Part shown: positions 31,485-41,543 of the stretch, piece after piece | Layout: each line of letters begins with the position of its first letter | How positions within the stretch are numbered: position 1 is the first letter of the stretch | Origin: Lachnospiraceae bacterium | GTDB lineage: Bacteria > Bacillota > Clostridia > Lachnospirales > Lachnospiraceae | NCBI GenBank assembly: GCA_045632875.1 | Contig: JAZQXN010000004.1 | Location: 40,030-104,029 of the forward strand | Length of the DNA stretch: 64,000 nucleotides | Reading direction: 5' to 3' | Translations under genes and position numbers: made by a program | The notes under the pieces: generated by a model | Seen by the model: the letters and a program-made list of their open reading frames with translations, nothing else | What the model was told of the DNA's origin: nothing | The model's database searches: none

Positions 31485-33130
31485 TTTTCCACTCTCACTG
31501 TTGCATCCCATGTAATGGGACTTCTTTCTTCATAATCAAAAATAACTGTAGTTTTCTTTTTCCTAATATCTTCAGAAACGAAATCATAGTCAAACAGTTC
31601 CATATGCTTTTTCATTCCGTGCTGCTTTTTAAATGCCGCCTGTTCTTTTGTCATTTCCCTGCATATGTCCGGTCTGCTTTTCAAATTCTCCCGAAGATAC
31701 AAATCAAACACAGCCGCCTGGGTATATAAATCCTCATTTTCTTTATCTATGAAGATGGCAAACTCCAATAATATCTGTGATTTTGCCACTCTTGACATCT
31801 TGGCAGCCTGTGGATTGGCTTTTGCAAAAAAGTCAGCCAGCTGTTCATATAAGGAAAATGCATTCTCGCAACATCTTTCCAGCAACATCAAAAGTGTTTT
31901 ATGCTGTCCGCTGTTGTAGTACATTTCCACCATTTCTTCTACTTGCTTTAAGCAAAGAAGCTGTTCAAAAGTTATCCATTTTGTAGAAAGCACTTCATAC
32001 GGCGGGCGTTCATGCTTTAAAATCTCATACGCCCTGCTCTTTTCTTCCATATAGGAACCTTTTAAGACCTTTAAAAAGCCTAATTGCAGTTGATGGGGAT
32101 GATGGGCGTACACATCACAAAAAGACTGTTTGAACCGCTCATATCCTTCGTAAGGCAATCCTGCAATCAAATCCAAATGCACATGGCAGTTGTTCGCCTT
32201 TATCAGTGAATCTACATTTTTCCATATTTTCTCAAGGTTGGTGTTTCTTTTGACCTCCTTTAAGGTTTCCGGATGGGTAGACTGTACCCCAATTTCCAAT
32301 TGGACTAACCCCGGTCTTAAGGTGGCAAGAAATTCCAATTCTTCATCATCCAGCAAATCTGCCGCGATTTCAAAATGGAAGTTTGTTACACCGTTATCCT
32401 GTTCTTTCAAAAATCTCCAGATTCCCATGGCATGTTCTTTTTTGGTATTAAACGTCCGGTCTACAAATTTCACCTGGGGAACCTTCCACGCCAAAAATAC
32501 TGCCAATTCTTTATATACTTTTTCAAGGCTCTTAAACCGCAGTCTTTTATCTACGGAAGAGAGGCAATAACTGCAGGAAAACGGGCATCCTCTGGAAGAC
32601 TCGTAATACATGATCCGGTTCTGCAGTTCCTCCGGGCGCTCATAGGCAAATGGCAAATCATCCAGATTCATAGGCTCTCTGTCCGGATTACAAATAATAT
32701 TTTCCCTATCACGATAAGTAATCCCCTGAATTTCAGAAAGATTCAAAAAAGACTGTTTGCAAAGTTCCAAGAAGGTTTCTTCCCCTTCCTGACGCATCAC
32801 GCCGGTCACTCCCGTCTCTTCTTTCAAAAAATCTTCTCCGTGGTAGGACACCTCCGGTCCTCCAACCCATATCTGAATTTCCGGGCGAAGTTTTTTCAAC
32901 TCTCTTATTAATTCCCTTACATAAACAATATTCCAAATATAGCAGGAAAAACAAACCACCTGTGGATTGTCCAGATAAATACCTGCCAATATATCATCTG
33001 CATTATGATTAATGGTATATTCTTTTCTCTCCACTTCCACGCCATGCTTTTTTGCATACGCCTGAAGGCAGTACACCGCCAAATTGGAATGAATATATTT
33101 TGCGTTTATGGCTACAAGTTGAATTTTCAT
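31481..33130 (-). CDS. B12-binding-domain radical SAM protein
   Basis: N-terminal cobalamin-binding-like domain (SCYIWN, GGPEVS); RGCPFSCSYC. Confidence 0.88.
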   Translation of the reverse strand: MKIQLVAINAKYIHSNLAVYCLQAYAKKHGVEVERKEYTINHNADDILAGIYLDNPQVVCFSCYIWNIVYVRELIRELKKLRPEIQIWVGGPEVSYHGEDFLKEETGVTGVMRQEGEETFLELCKQSFLNLSEIQGITYRDRENIICNPDREPMNLDDLPFAYERPEELQNRIMYYESSRGCPFSCSYCLSSVDKRLRFKSLEKVYKELAVFLAWKVPQVKFVDRTFNTKKEHAMGIWRFLKEQDNGVTNFHFEIAADLLDDEELEFLATLRPGLVQLEIGVQSTHPETLKEVKRNTNLEKIWKNVDSLIKANNCHVHLDLIAGLPYEGYERFKQSFCDVYAHHPHQLQLGFLKVLKGSYMEEKSRAYEILKHERPPYEVLSTKWITFEQLLCLKQVEEMVEMYYNSGQHKTLLMLLERCCENAFSLYEQLADFFAKANPQAAKMSRVAKSQILLEFAIFIDKENEDLYTQAAVFDLYLRENLKSRPDICREMTKEQAAFKKQHGMKKHMELFDYDFVSEDIRKKKTTVIFDYEERSPITWDATVRVEK

Positions 33131-33203
33131 ATTTTTCTATCCTTTATTAAAAGTGTAAAAGGTCCGGTCCGCAAAAATCACAACGAAACCGGCCCTCAAA
33201 CGA

Positions 33204-34250
33204 TTAGCTCATAATTATTCTCTTAATGGTCAAATGTCTTGCTTGTGTATCTTCGGCCATATCTATATCTTTTCCTGTTTGAATCATTCGAATCTTCGGA
33301 CGCAAAATCATATCTACATTGTTTTCTACAACTACAGCCTGACTTCCGTCACTTAATTCTATCTGTGCTCCAACCGGATATACAGCAATCTTCTTCAAAA
33401 ATACATTCAATATCTTCGGATCAAATTCCTGTCCGTTTCCTGCCATCAGGTATTCCACAGCATCTCCGTTGGAAATAGCCGGTCGGTACGGACGATTTGA
33501 TGTAAGTGCATCATACACATCCACCAGTTTGATAATTCGTGCAAATAAGGATATATCCTCACCGCTTCGCCCCAACGGGTATCCGTTACCGTTAAACCAT
33601 TCGTGGTGCTGGAACACACCCTGGTGAACATATCCGGAAAAAGAATATTTATCTCTGAGAAAATCCATTCCCGCATAAGCATGGGTATGCATCAACTGCT
33701 TCTGTTCATCGGTTAACGGAATTTTTGCATTTAACACTTCCACCGGAATAAATCGTTTTCCCACATCATGTAAAAGTGCAGCGACTGTCAGCTGCTCTAA
33801 CTCCGTTTCAGACAATCTCATGCCTGCACCCACCATTGCCGAAAGAACGCCTACATTAACGCAGTGGAAATAAGTATAGTCATCGTATCTTTTAACGTCT
33901 AACAGGTTGAACATAACATCTCCCTGATCTAATACACTTTCAACGATTCCTTTTGCCACATTTTCTATGGAACGCTGGGAAACGTATTCCTCTTTTCCCC
34001 GTGTAAACATTCCACTGATAATACTTAAGGCTTCCCTCTTTACCTCCGGGCGGATTACTTCATGTATTTCAATTCCTTCTGAAAATTCGTCGTCAATATA
34101 AACTCCCGGAAATCCCTGTTCGTCCAATCCATTAATATATTCCGGACTTAAGATTAAATGCTTTGCCAAAAGCATTCGTCCATTTCCGTCATATACATCC
34201 TGGCCTAATAGCATTCCCGGTTCCAACATCGACATTGGAACGTATCTCAT
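33204..34250 (-). CDS. HD-GYP domain phosphodiesterase
   Basis: YTYFHCVNV, LLHDVGK, HHEWFNGNGYP and DVYDALTS.RPYR. Confidence 0.88.
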   Translation of the reverse strand: MRYVPMSMLEPGMLLGQDVYDGNGRMLLAKHLILSPEYINGLDEQGFPGVYIDDEFSEGIEIHEVIRPEVKREALSIISGMFTRGKEEYVSQRSIENVAKGIVESVLDQGDVMFNLLDVKRYDDYTYFHCVNVGVLSAMVGAGMRLSETELEQLTVAALLHDVGKRFIPVEVLNAKIPLTDEQKQLMHTHAYAGMDFLRDKYSFSGYVHQGVFQHHEWFNGNGYPLGRSGEDISLFARIIKLVDVYDALTSNRPYRPAISNGDAVEYLMAGNGQEFDPKILNVFLKKIAVYPVGAQIELSDGSQAVVVENNVDMILRPKIRMIQTGKDIDMAEDTQARHLTIKRIIMS

Positions 34251-34268
34251 AGTAAGTTCTCCTTTGTT

Positions 34269-35975
34269 CTACTCGTTAGTCATAGCAAATTTATTTGTAT
34301 CTGTTTCCACGCATTTACATGTAATGGTATCTCCTACTTCTACAAATAACAAATCTGTGTTGTCTGCAAATTTCTGGTAGAATACTCTGCCTTCTTCATC
34401 TCCCAGATATACGTAGGTATTACCGTCAATTTCTACAAAACGGATTACAGATACGGTAAATGTCATTTCCACTGTTTCACCGGTATATTCTTCATCCGGA
34501 TTCTCCGTATTTTCATCCTGTTTATCATCATCCGGTTCCACGCCTAAGAGCTTGCGGTACTCTGAAAAACATTCTTCCATGGTATCTCCGGTTGCAACCA
34601 GATTGTATTGTTCTACATTAACCATGGCATACATTTTTACAATTCCATTGGCATCTTTTAATACCATAATATAGGTCGCATTTCCGTCCACGTTAATCAG
34701 AGATGGGAAGGATGCCACATATCGTTTTTCCTGAACTTCACCTTCCGCTGCAGCCATAGCAGAGCTTTCATCTGCACCTGCCACTGCAAAATAGCGTGCC
34801 TCTCCGGTACGTTCGTTAACCATAATAAATCCAATGTTGGATGAGTCTTCATTTACGGAAGTTACGCCGGTGTATATCCAAATATCCCCATCTTTTGCGA
34901 TGTATCCGTAATCTGCGGCATAATGTGTTTCTTCTTCACCTTCTTCGTCGTATTGTACGGTTTCCGTGCTTTTCATACAGCCTTTTTTAGCAAACAAGCT
35001 GTTAAAAAATCCGTTACTTAATTTTCCGTACCAGTCAAACTGTTTTACCAGTAAATCTCCGTCAAAGGCCATATCCACCCATGTAGGAATATCTTTAACA
35101 TCATAATACTCCGTCTCACCGCTGCAAGGATCGCACACCACAACACCCTTAACTGTCTCACCGCCAAAAAGACTGATGGTGTAATCCATTACACTGGCTA
35201 TATAATACGGATTTCCCTCTTCATCGATTTCAAGATGAAGATTGGAAAAAATGTGGGTCGGATATTTAAAACGCAAATGTCTCTCCAAGTCTTTTCCAAA
35301 ATAAGAAGACGGAACGTAAACCATGCCTTCTTCCAATTCCACATATTCCGTGGTCTGTGCCACCGGGTCTACCGTAACATATCCCGGAATACCGTCCTTT
35401 TTATTTCCCAGATACTTAAAGAAACCTGCATACTCCAAAGCAGATACTTTTAACGGATACCCTTTATAATCAATCTGGCTGTAATCGTAAGACACATTAA
35501 ACTGGCTAACCACATTCGACAGACTTCCTATCTTGCGGTCTCCCAATATTCTGGCACTGTTTGTATCCATCAAAGCCACTTTATCAAGCACCTTGGATTC
35601 GTCAATATCCTCTGAAAAATCTCTTTCTTCAATGGAAAGAATGGAGGAATATGCTTTTGCATGGAAAATCTGTGCTCCAAACAAACTTCCGAAAACCATA
35701 ACGCCAATCACAGCAATACCTGCGATAACAAGGCATCCCACAAAGGTTACCTTCTTATTTTTCCAGTCACGGACTATCTCTTTAAAATCAATCCGGAACG
35801 TTCCGGAAAGCTTATAAACCACACTAAGTATAATTGCCGGAACTATCATAACCATCAAAAGGAAGTTCCAAAATGCCACATTGTGAATATTGATTGCAGG
35901 AATCATTACATAATAGCAACCTGCCACAAACAATACCCACATCAAAATAAATATTACTTTTTTCTTCATGTCCAA
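34269..35975 (-). CDS. Hypothetical membrane protein (three N-terminal TM helices, large extracellular domain)
   Basis: Long ORF with SD inside an operon; no catalytic motif recognised. Confidence 0.7.
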   Translation of the reverse strand: MDMKKKVIFILMWVLFVAGCYYVMIPAINIHNVAFWNFLLMVMIVPAIILSVVYKLSGTFRIDFKEIVRDWKNKKVTFVGCLVIAGIAVIGVMVFGSLFGAQIFHAKAYSSILSIEERDFSEDIDESKVLDKVALMDTNSARILGDRKIGSLSNVVSQFNVSYDYSQIDYKGYPLKVSALEYAGFFKYLGNKKDGIPGYVTVDPVAQTTEYVELEEGMVYVPSSYFGKDLERHLRFKYPTHIFSNLHLEIDEEGNPYYIASVMDYTISLFGGETVKGVVVCDPCSGETEYYDVKDIPTWVDMAFDGDLLVKQFDWYGKLSNGFFNSLFAKKGCMKSTETVQYDEEGEEETHYAADYGYIAKDGDIWIYTGVTSVNEDSSNIGFIMVNERTGEARYFAVAGADESSAMAAAEGEVQEKRYVASFPSLINVDGNATYIMVLKDANGIVKMYAMVNVEQYNLVATGDTMEECFSEYRKLLGVEPDDDKQDENTENPDEEYTGETVEMTFTVSVIRFVEIDGNTYVYLGDEEGRVFYQKFADNTDLLFVEVGDTITCKCVETDTNKFAMTNE

Positions 35976-35981
35976 TCCTCC

Positions 35982-37001
35982 CTAGTATTTCGTAACCATT
36001 TCTCTTGTAATATCCTTCAGGGTTGCCGCTCCACACATTGTCATCGTGTCTTCCAGTTCCCCTTTTATTTTATTCACATAGGCTAAAATACCTTCATCTT
36101 CCCCACCGTAAACTGCTGTTACAAAAGGTCTGGCAATAATTACGCCATCTGCTCCCAGCGCCAATGCTTTAAACACATCAACACCACTGCGGATACCGCC
36201 GTCAATTAAGATTGTTGTTTTTCCCTTAACTGCTGCCACAATTTCTTCCAGCACTTCTACTGTAGCCGGACACTGATCCTGTACTCTGCCGCCATGGTTA
36301 GAAACCACAATTCCTGCAGCACCTGCTTCCACAGCTTTTTTTGCTCCTGTAGCTGTCATAATGCCTTTTACTATAAACGGGCGGTCTGTCATGGATACAA
36401 TTTCTTTTAATTCTTCAACAGACTTGCCTCCTGCCGGCGGAACCATTCTTCGTAAAAACGGTAATCCTGCGGCATCAATATCCATTGCTACGGCAAAGGC
36501 ATCACTTTCCTTCACCAGTTTCATCTTTTCTTTTACCACTTCAATATTCCATGGCTTCACTGTAGGTACACCCAATCCACCGGCATTTTTAATCGCCACG
36601 GTGGTGGCTTTGAATACCTGCTCATTCGGTCCGTCTCCGGTAAAAGCTGCGATACCTGCCTTTTTACAACCGGATACTAAAATGTCATTGTATTGGTTAT
36701 CATCATATTTGTCTCCGTAATGCATGTTAACAGAACCCACCGGTCCTGCAAAAACCGGCAATTCAAACTCTCGGCCAAACAAAGTTGTACGGGTACATAC
36801 CTCTTTTACATCTGTCAGGGTATCCATATTCACACGATAATCCTGCCATTTTTTATAATTGCGGGCAGCTCCGTCACCAATTCCTTTTGCTCCCGGTCCC
36901 GGGATATGATTGCCGCATGCCAAGCCATTACATACATCACATACTTTGCATAACGTCCCCATATTTCCTCTTGCTGCCTGTAATACTTCCTGATAAGTCA
37001 T
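35982..37001 (-). CDS. FMN-dependent alpha-hydroxy-acid dehydrogenase/oxidase family protein
   Basis: VKGI, VVSNHGGR and IDGGIRSGVDVFKALALGA; N-terminal CxxCxxCxGxxC. Confidence 0.88.
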   Translation of the reverse strand: MTYQEVLQAARGNMGTLCKVCDVCNGLACGNHIPGPGAKGIGDGAARNYKKWQDYRVNMDTLTDVKEVCTRTTLFGREFELPVFAGPVGSVNMHYGDKYDDNQYNDILVSGCKKAGIAAFTGDGPNEQVFKATTVAIKNAGGLGVPTVKPWNIEVVKEKMKLVKESDAFAVAMDIDAAGLPFLRRMVPPAGGKSVEELKEIVSMTDRPFIVKGIMTATGAKKAVEAGAAGIVVSNHGGRVQDQCPATVEVLEEIVAAVKGKTTILIDGGIRSGVDVFKALALGADGVIIARPFVTAVYGGEDEGILAYVNKIKGELEDTMTMCGAATLKDITREMVTKY

Positions 37002-37034
37002 TTTTATGGCCTCCCAATACTCATAGTTGTTAAA

Positions 37035-37063
37035 ATTATATCACTTTTTGCCGGCCCGCTCAA
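37035..37063 (-). promoter_or_regulatory. Sigma-A promoter (extended -10)
   Basis: TTGAGC-N17-TATAAT with TG before the -10. Confidence 0.65.
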
Positions 37064-37086
37064 CAGATAATCGTCTAAAAATCTAG

Positions 37087-37220
37087 GAATTCTCTGGTTT
37101 TTTGCACAGAGACGAGAGACACTTTGCGTATCTCGTCTCTGATGAGCGGTCGGCGAATGCCATTTCACGCAAGCGTGATGGCGCTCGCCTCGTCGCTTTC
37201 ACAAAAAAATCCTGCAATTC
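37087..37220. repeat. GC-rich branched palindromic intergenic element
   Basis: Hairpin CAGAGACGAGA...TCTCGTCTCTG and hairpin GGCGAATGCCAT..CACGC-AA-GCGTG-ATGGCGCTCGCC, enclosed by a TTTTTTG/CAAAAAA stem. Confidence 0.65.
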
Positions 37221-37242
37221 AAAGATTTTGAACTGCAGGATT
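37208..37242 (-). terminator. Intrinsic terminator after ribU
   Basis: AATCCTGCA...TGCAGGATT stem followed by a T tract on the minus strand. Confidence 0.75.
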
Positions 37243-37246
37243 ATCT

Positions 37247-37870
37247 TTACATCATGTTTCTAATAAAACCAGCCAAACGTTTATACACCAAAAATGTTAA
37301 TACAGATACCACGCCATATTTAAAAAGATTAAACGGGAACACAGAAAATAACATCATTGTCAACACACTGTCTACCGCAGGATTTACACCTGCACAAATC
37401 TCAACGATTGCATCCATTGGCAAATTAAATGCCTTTCCATATACCGGGAACATAACAAATGTATTCATAACTACACTGGCAACACTGGCAACTACTGTAC
37501 CGATTGTCATAGAGATGGCTGCCCATTTTTTTGTTTTCTTTTTGCGATAAATCAAAACGGACGGGAGCATGTAGCACAAGCTTAATACAAAGTTTGCCAC
37601 TTCTCCTACACCGGCAGTTGTAGAACCGTTAAACACAAAATTTAACAGGATTTTAATAAGGATTACACCTGCTCCGGCGGATGGTCCCAAAATGAAACCG
37701 CCTAAAATAATCGGCAACTCCGAGAAGTCCATTTTGATAAACGGCAATACCAATGGTACATTAAATTCAAACAGCATAAGTACTGCACTAATGGCTCCTA
37801 ACATTGCCACCAACACAAGTTTACGGGTATTGGTATATTTTTTTGTCTGTTCTGTTGTTTCTGTTTTCAT
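37247..37870 (-). CDS. ribU: ECF S component, riboflavin transporter
   Basis: DFSELP, GEVANF and PFNLFK motifs; lies under an FMN riboswitch; ATG 37870 follows GGAGG. Confidence 0.88.
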   Translation of the reverse strand: MKTETTEQTKKYTNTRKLVLVAMLGAISAVLMLFEFNVPLVLPFIKMDFSELPIILGGFILGPSAGAGVILIKILLNFVFNGSTTAGVGEVANFVLSLCYMLPSVLIYRKKKTKKWAAISMTIGTVVASVASVVMNTFVMFPVYGKAFNLPMDAIVEICAGVNPAVDSVLTMMLFSVFPFNLFKYGVVSVLTFLVYKRLAGFIRNMM

Positions 37871-37960
37871 AAAAACCTCCAAAATAAATTAAAATTGTTT
37901 TGAGGTCTTTTTTCATATAAACGAAAAACACTCTTTGCGAGTTTTTTGTTTATTGTGTAT

Positions 37961-37994
37961 AAAAAGGCCTCGAAATGGAATACATTTCAAGGCC
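37961..37994 (-). terminator. Riboswitch expression-platform terminator
   Basis: GGCCTTGAAATG...CATTTCGAGGCC followed by TTTTT. Confidence 0.75.
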
Positions 37995-38031
37995 ATGTAA
38001 ACATACATATAAAATAAACCGGGAAACGTAA

Positions 38032-38144
38032 CCATCTTTTCTCATCCGGACTATACCGTCGGTTATGGAATCTCACCATATCGGCCCTTTACGGGTTCGT
38101 GGACTATACCACCGGTCAGGACTTGCACCTGCCCCAAAGATAAT
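38032..38144 (-). ncRNA. FMN riboswitch (RFN element)
   Basis: TATCTTTGGGGCAGGTGCAAGTCCTGACCGGTGGTATAGTCCACGA...GGTGAGATTCC...CCGACGGTATAGTCCGGATGAGAAAAGATG. Confidence 0.95.
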
Positions 38145-38159
38145 TATTGGTCGTTTGTC

Positions 38160-38188
38160 ATTATAACGCTGTGTACCATAAATAGCAA
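38160..38188 (-). promoter_or_regulatory. Sigma-A promoter of the FMN riboswitch/ribU unit
   Basis: TTGCTA-N17-TATAAT just upstream of the aptamer. Confidence 0.7.
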
Positions 38189-38242
38189 TCCTATTTTTAT
38201 GTATTTATTATGGTACAACTTTTACTTCTTTTGCATCTATGA

Positions 38243-38593
38243 CTATATTTCTTTAATTGCTGTTACAATCGTCTGATAGCGGTCCTCCAGTTCCGGCATT
38301 TTTTCCCGGACACCTTCCAATGAACCGCTTCTTAATATTTCAACCATAGGCACAAGCACTTCCATAATGCCTGCCATGCTTAAATTGGCACAAATTCCTT
38401 TTAATGCGTGGGCGCGTTCAAATGCTTCTGCTGCTGTAGTATCTTTCTTTTCCAGTTCCTGCTTTAATAGTGCAAATTGGTCATTATCTACAAATTTACG
38501 CAAATATTTTTCAAACATCTGCTCACTGTTCATAAATCTGTGTAAACCATCTTCCACATCAATTCCTGCATTGCGTAATTTTTCTAAATTCAT
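38243..38593 (-). CDS. Stand-alone Hpt (histidine phosphotransfer) protein
   Basis: AHALKGICANL motif; own promoter TTGACG-N18-TATGAT at 38627-38656. Confidence 0.85.
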   Translation of the reverse strand: MNLEKLRNAGIDVEDGLHRFMNSEQMFEKYLRKFVDNDQFALLKQELEKKDTTAAEAFERAHALKGICANLSMAGIMEVLVPMVEILRSGSLEGVREKMPELEDRYQTIVTAIKEI

Positions 38594-38675
38594 AATTTTT
38601 GTACTCTCCTCCCATTACTCTAGTGCATCATATCATTCTTATGACCTTTTCGTCAAATCCAAAATCAGCCGGCAA

Positions 38676-39815
38676 TTAGTCCTCTGTAGCAAGAATGTTT
38701 ACCGCCTTAACCGCCTGTTTCACTTCCTCTTCTGTTGTAAAATGAGAAAAACTAAATCGTACAGCTCCCTGGCTAACCGTACCCAGGCATTGATGCATAA
38801 AGGGTGCACAATGGGCCCCCGGCCTGGTGGCAATACCAAAACGCTGTTCCAGTTCATCACTGACTGCAGCCGAATCATAATCTCCAATATTCATGGCCGC
38901 AATATGCGCCCTCATTTTTCCGGAAAAATCCCCATAGACCTTCACTTTTGGAATATCTTTAATGCCATTATAAAACTGCCACATTAAACGGTTTTCATAC
39001 GCCAAAAGTTTTTCCGGATTCTGCGCTTTCAAGTACAACAACGCTGCCCTTAACCCTGCAATAGAATGCACATTTACGGTGCCCGCTTCTAATGCGGTGG
39101 GCATTTTTTCCGGATGTTCCCTATGATAAGATAAAATCCCGCTTCCTCCCATTTTTAACGGGCGGATATGAACCGACTTTTTTACACAAAGGGCTCCTGT
39201 CCCCTGGGGACCCAACAGGCCCTTATGTCCCGTCAGACATAACGCGGATATATTCATTTCTTTCATATCAATGGGAAAAACTCCTGCCGTTTGGGACGCA
39301 TCTACCACGAAAAAAAGATTATGCTTTTTACAGATAGCGCCAATCCTTTTTAGATCATTCATATTTCCGGTCAGATTGGATGCATGGGTACATACAATCC
39401 CTTTGGTGTTCTTCTTAATTAGGCCTTCCATTTCCTCTACAGAAATGTTACCCTTATCGTCTGTCATTACCAAGGACAGTTCCATACCCTGACTTTCCAA
39501 AAAAAATAATGGCCGGAGCACCGAATTGTGTTCCATAGCTGTTGAAATCACATGGTCGCCGGGTGAAAACAATCCCCGGATAGCTATATTTAAACTCTCC
39601 GTCCCGTTACATGTAAAAGCAACGTATTCAGGCCCGTCCCCATTAAACTTTTCATTCAGTAATTCTCTGGTCTCATAAAGCAGTCGGTTACCTTCCAACG
39701 CAGGCTCATATGTACCTCTGGACGGATTTCCAATCGTCATAATTGCATCTCTCACCGCATCTGCAACTGCCTGTGGTTTCTTTAACGTAGTTGCCGCATT
39801 GTCTAAATAAATCAT
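38676..39815 (-). CDS. Class V PLP enzyme, cysteine desulfurase/selenocysteine lyase family
   Basis: IYLDNAATT, EHNSV, DASQ, TGHKGLLGPQG and RPGAHCA; co-located with yedF and selD. Confidence 0.88.
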   Translation of the reverse strand: MIYLDNAATTLKKPQAVADAVRDAIMTIGNPSRGTYEPALEGNRLLYETRELLNEKFNGDGPEYVAFTCNGTESLNIAIRGLFSPGDHVISTAMEHNSVLRPLFFLESQGMELSLVMTDDKGNISVEEMEGLIKKNTKGIVCTHASNLTGNMNDLKRIGAICKKHNLFFVVDASQTAGVFPIDMKEMNISALCLTGHKGLLGPQGTGALCVKKSVHIRPLKMGGSGILSYHREHPEKMPTALEAGTVNVHSIAGLRAALLYLKAQNPEKLLAYENRLMWQFYNGIKDIPKVKVYGDFSGKMRAHIAAMNIGDYDSAAVSDELEQRFGIATRPGAHCAPFMHQCLGTVSQGAVRFSFSHFTTEEEVKQAVKAVNILATED

Positions 39816-39838
39816 ATTGCCTCCCATGATATGTTAAA

Positions 39839-40465
39839 TTACGGTTTAACAATTATATTTTTGTCCATCATTATTTCCACAATTTCATACATATTAGTTA
39901 CTGTTCCCACCTGCAACTCATCTTCCAAATTATAATACTTTAAACAGGTGCCACAGGTGAGGATCTGGACGCCTTGTGCTTCTAAGGACTTTAAATCCTC
40001 CAGCAACGGACTTCCCGTGGTTGTTAAGGTGGCGCCGCCATTGTAAAACAATATCTTACACGGCAGTTTTTCCTGTTGGTTTAATGCATATATAAAACCT
40101 TTGATTAACACTTTTCCCAACTCATCATTTCCGTGCCCCATACAGTCTTTATCAATTACCACAATCCCTTCTCGATTAACGACATTGGGAATGCAACTAA
40201 CACTATCCTCATCAACAGACACGCATTCATTTTCCCCGTCATTTTTTTCGCCAATAAACATAGTCACTTTATATTCTTTGTCTGCCACTTTTTCTGATTG
40301 CACAACAAAGCCTTTTTGATTGGCCATTTTCGTAAGATTCTGAACCGCAATCTGATTATCAACAAAAACCTCCACTGTGCCGGTTCCATTCATCTTTTTA
40401 ATCGCATCTTTTGTTTTTACCACCGGAATCGGGCATGCATCGCCAATTGCATTTACTTTAATCAC
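39839..40465 (-). CDS. yedF: Sulfurtransferase-like selenium metabolism protein (TusA domain plus DsrE-like domain)
   Basis: GDACPIPVV TusA motif, FYNGG and CGTCL; GTG start. Confidence 0.85.
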   Translation of the reverse strand: MIKVNAIGDACPIPVVKTKDAIKKMNGTGTVEVFVDNQIAVQNLTKMANQKGFVVQSEKVADKEYKVTMFIGEKNDGENECVSVDEDSVSCIPNVVNREGIVVIDKDCMGHGNDELGKVLIKGFIYALNQQEKLPCKILFYNGGATLTTTGSPLLEDLKSLEAQGVQILTCGTCLKYYNLEDELQVGTVTNMYEIVEIMMDKNIIVKP

Positions 40466-40487
40466 GTTTTAATTTCTCCTTTTATTA

Positions 40488-41522
40488 TTAAACCAGATAG
40501 ATTTCTTTTTCTTCCTGTTTTATAATCTCACCTACAATGGCCCCGGTAATATCCGCAGCCTGTAAAGCCTCAAGCATTTTCTCTGCCTCCTCTGCTTTTA
40601 CTGCAAACAGTAACCCTCCTGATGTTTGGGGATCTAACAGAATTTCCTGCATGGCAAAAGGAGTCCTTCCGTAATCAACATACCCTTCCAAATGGTTCCT
40701 GTTCTTTTGTCCTCCTGCAGTAACAAGAAACTCATTTGCCAAATCCCACGCCTCAGTAATGTAGGGCACTTTGTCACAATTTATCCGGCAGGAATATTTC
40801 TTTCCCAACATTTCATGAAGATGACCCAAAAATCCAAAACCTGTAACATCCGTACATCCGTGAACTTCATACCTTTTTCCGATCTGGGCACTACGACGGT
40901 TTAATTCCGTCATATATTTAACGGCTTGTACCATCCCCCCTTTACCGCCTTCACCAATGCGTGCCGCCGTACATAAAATACCCACTCCCAGCTTCTTGGT
41001 GAGTATCAGCTTGTCACCGCATCTTCCGCCATTGTTAGGATATATCTTATCCGGATGGACAATACCTGTGACTGACAACCCGTATTTTACCCTTTCATCA
41101 TGAATGGAGTGTCCGCCGGATAAAATGCCTCCGGCTTCCATTACTTTTTCTGCTCCGCCCCGTAATATTTCAGCCAACACTTTTAAATCCCCTTCTTCCG
41201 GAAAGCACAAAATATTAAGGGCTGTTTTAACTTCTCCTCCCATGGCATAAATATCACTAAGAGCATTGGCCGCAGCAATCTGCCCAAAAATATATGGCTC
41301 ATCCACCATGCTCGGAAAGAAATCCAAAGTCTGAACAATGGCGATTTCATCCGTTAACTTATATACCGCTGCATCGTCACTGCTTTCATAACCAATCAAC
41401 AGCTTTTCATCTCTTGGTCCCTGGGGAAGCATTTCCAGAATTTCACTTAATGTTCCTGACCCGATCTTAGCCATGCAACCGCCACCCGTACAAAACTTTC
41501 CTACCTTTTTTATCAACGCCAC
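40488..41522 (-). CDS. selD: Selenide, water dikinase (Cys-containing)
   Basis: [42 protein letters not shown] and DPQTSGGLL. Confidence 0.95.
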   Translation of the reverse strand: MALIKKVGKFCTGGGCMAKIGSGTLSEILEMLPQGPRDEKLLIGYESSDDAAVYKLTDEIAIVQTLDFFPSMVDEPYIFGQIAAANALSDIYAMGGEVKTALNILCFPEEGDLKVLAEILRGGAEKVMEAGGILSGGHSIHDERVKYGLSVTGIVHPDKIYPNNGGRCGDKLILTKKLGVGILCTAARIGEGGKGGMVQAVKYMTELNRRSAQIGKRYEVHGCTDVTGFGFLGHLHEMLGKKYSCRINCDKVPYITEAWDLANEFLVTAGGQKNRNHLEGYVDYGRTPFAMQEILLDPQTSGGLLFAVKAEEAEKMLEALQAADITGAIVGEIIKQEEKEIYLV

Positions 41523-41543
41523 GCCCTCTCATTATATTAAACC

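Noticed and set aside
37100-37165. Hammerhead ribozyme (CTGATGA next to a stem)
   Set aside because: Followed by GAAT rather than GAAA, stem II is only 2 bp, and there is no NUH at the expected position
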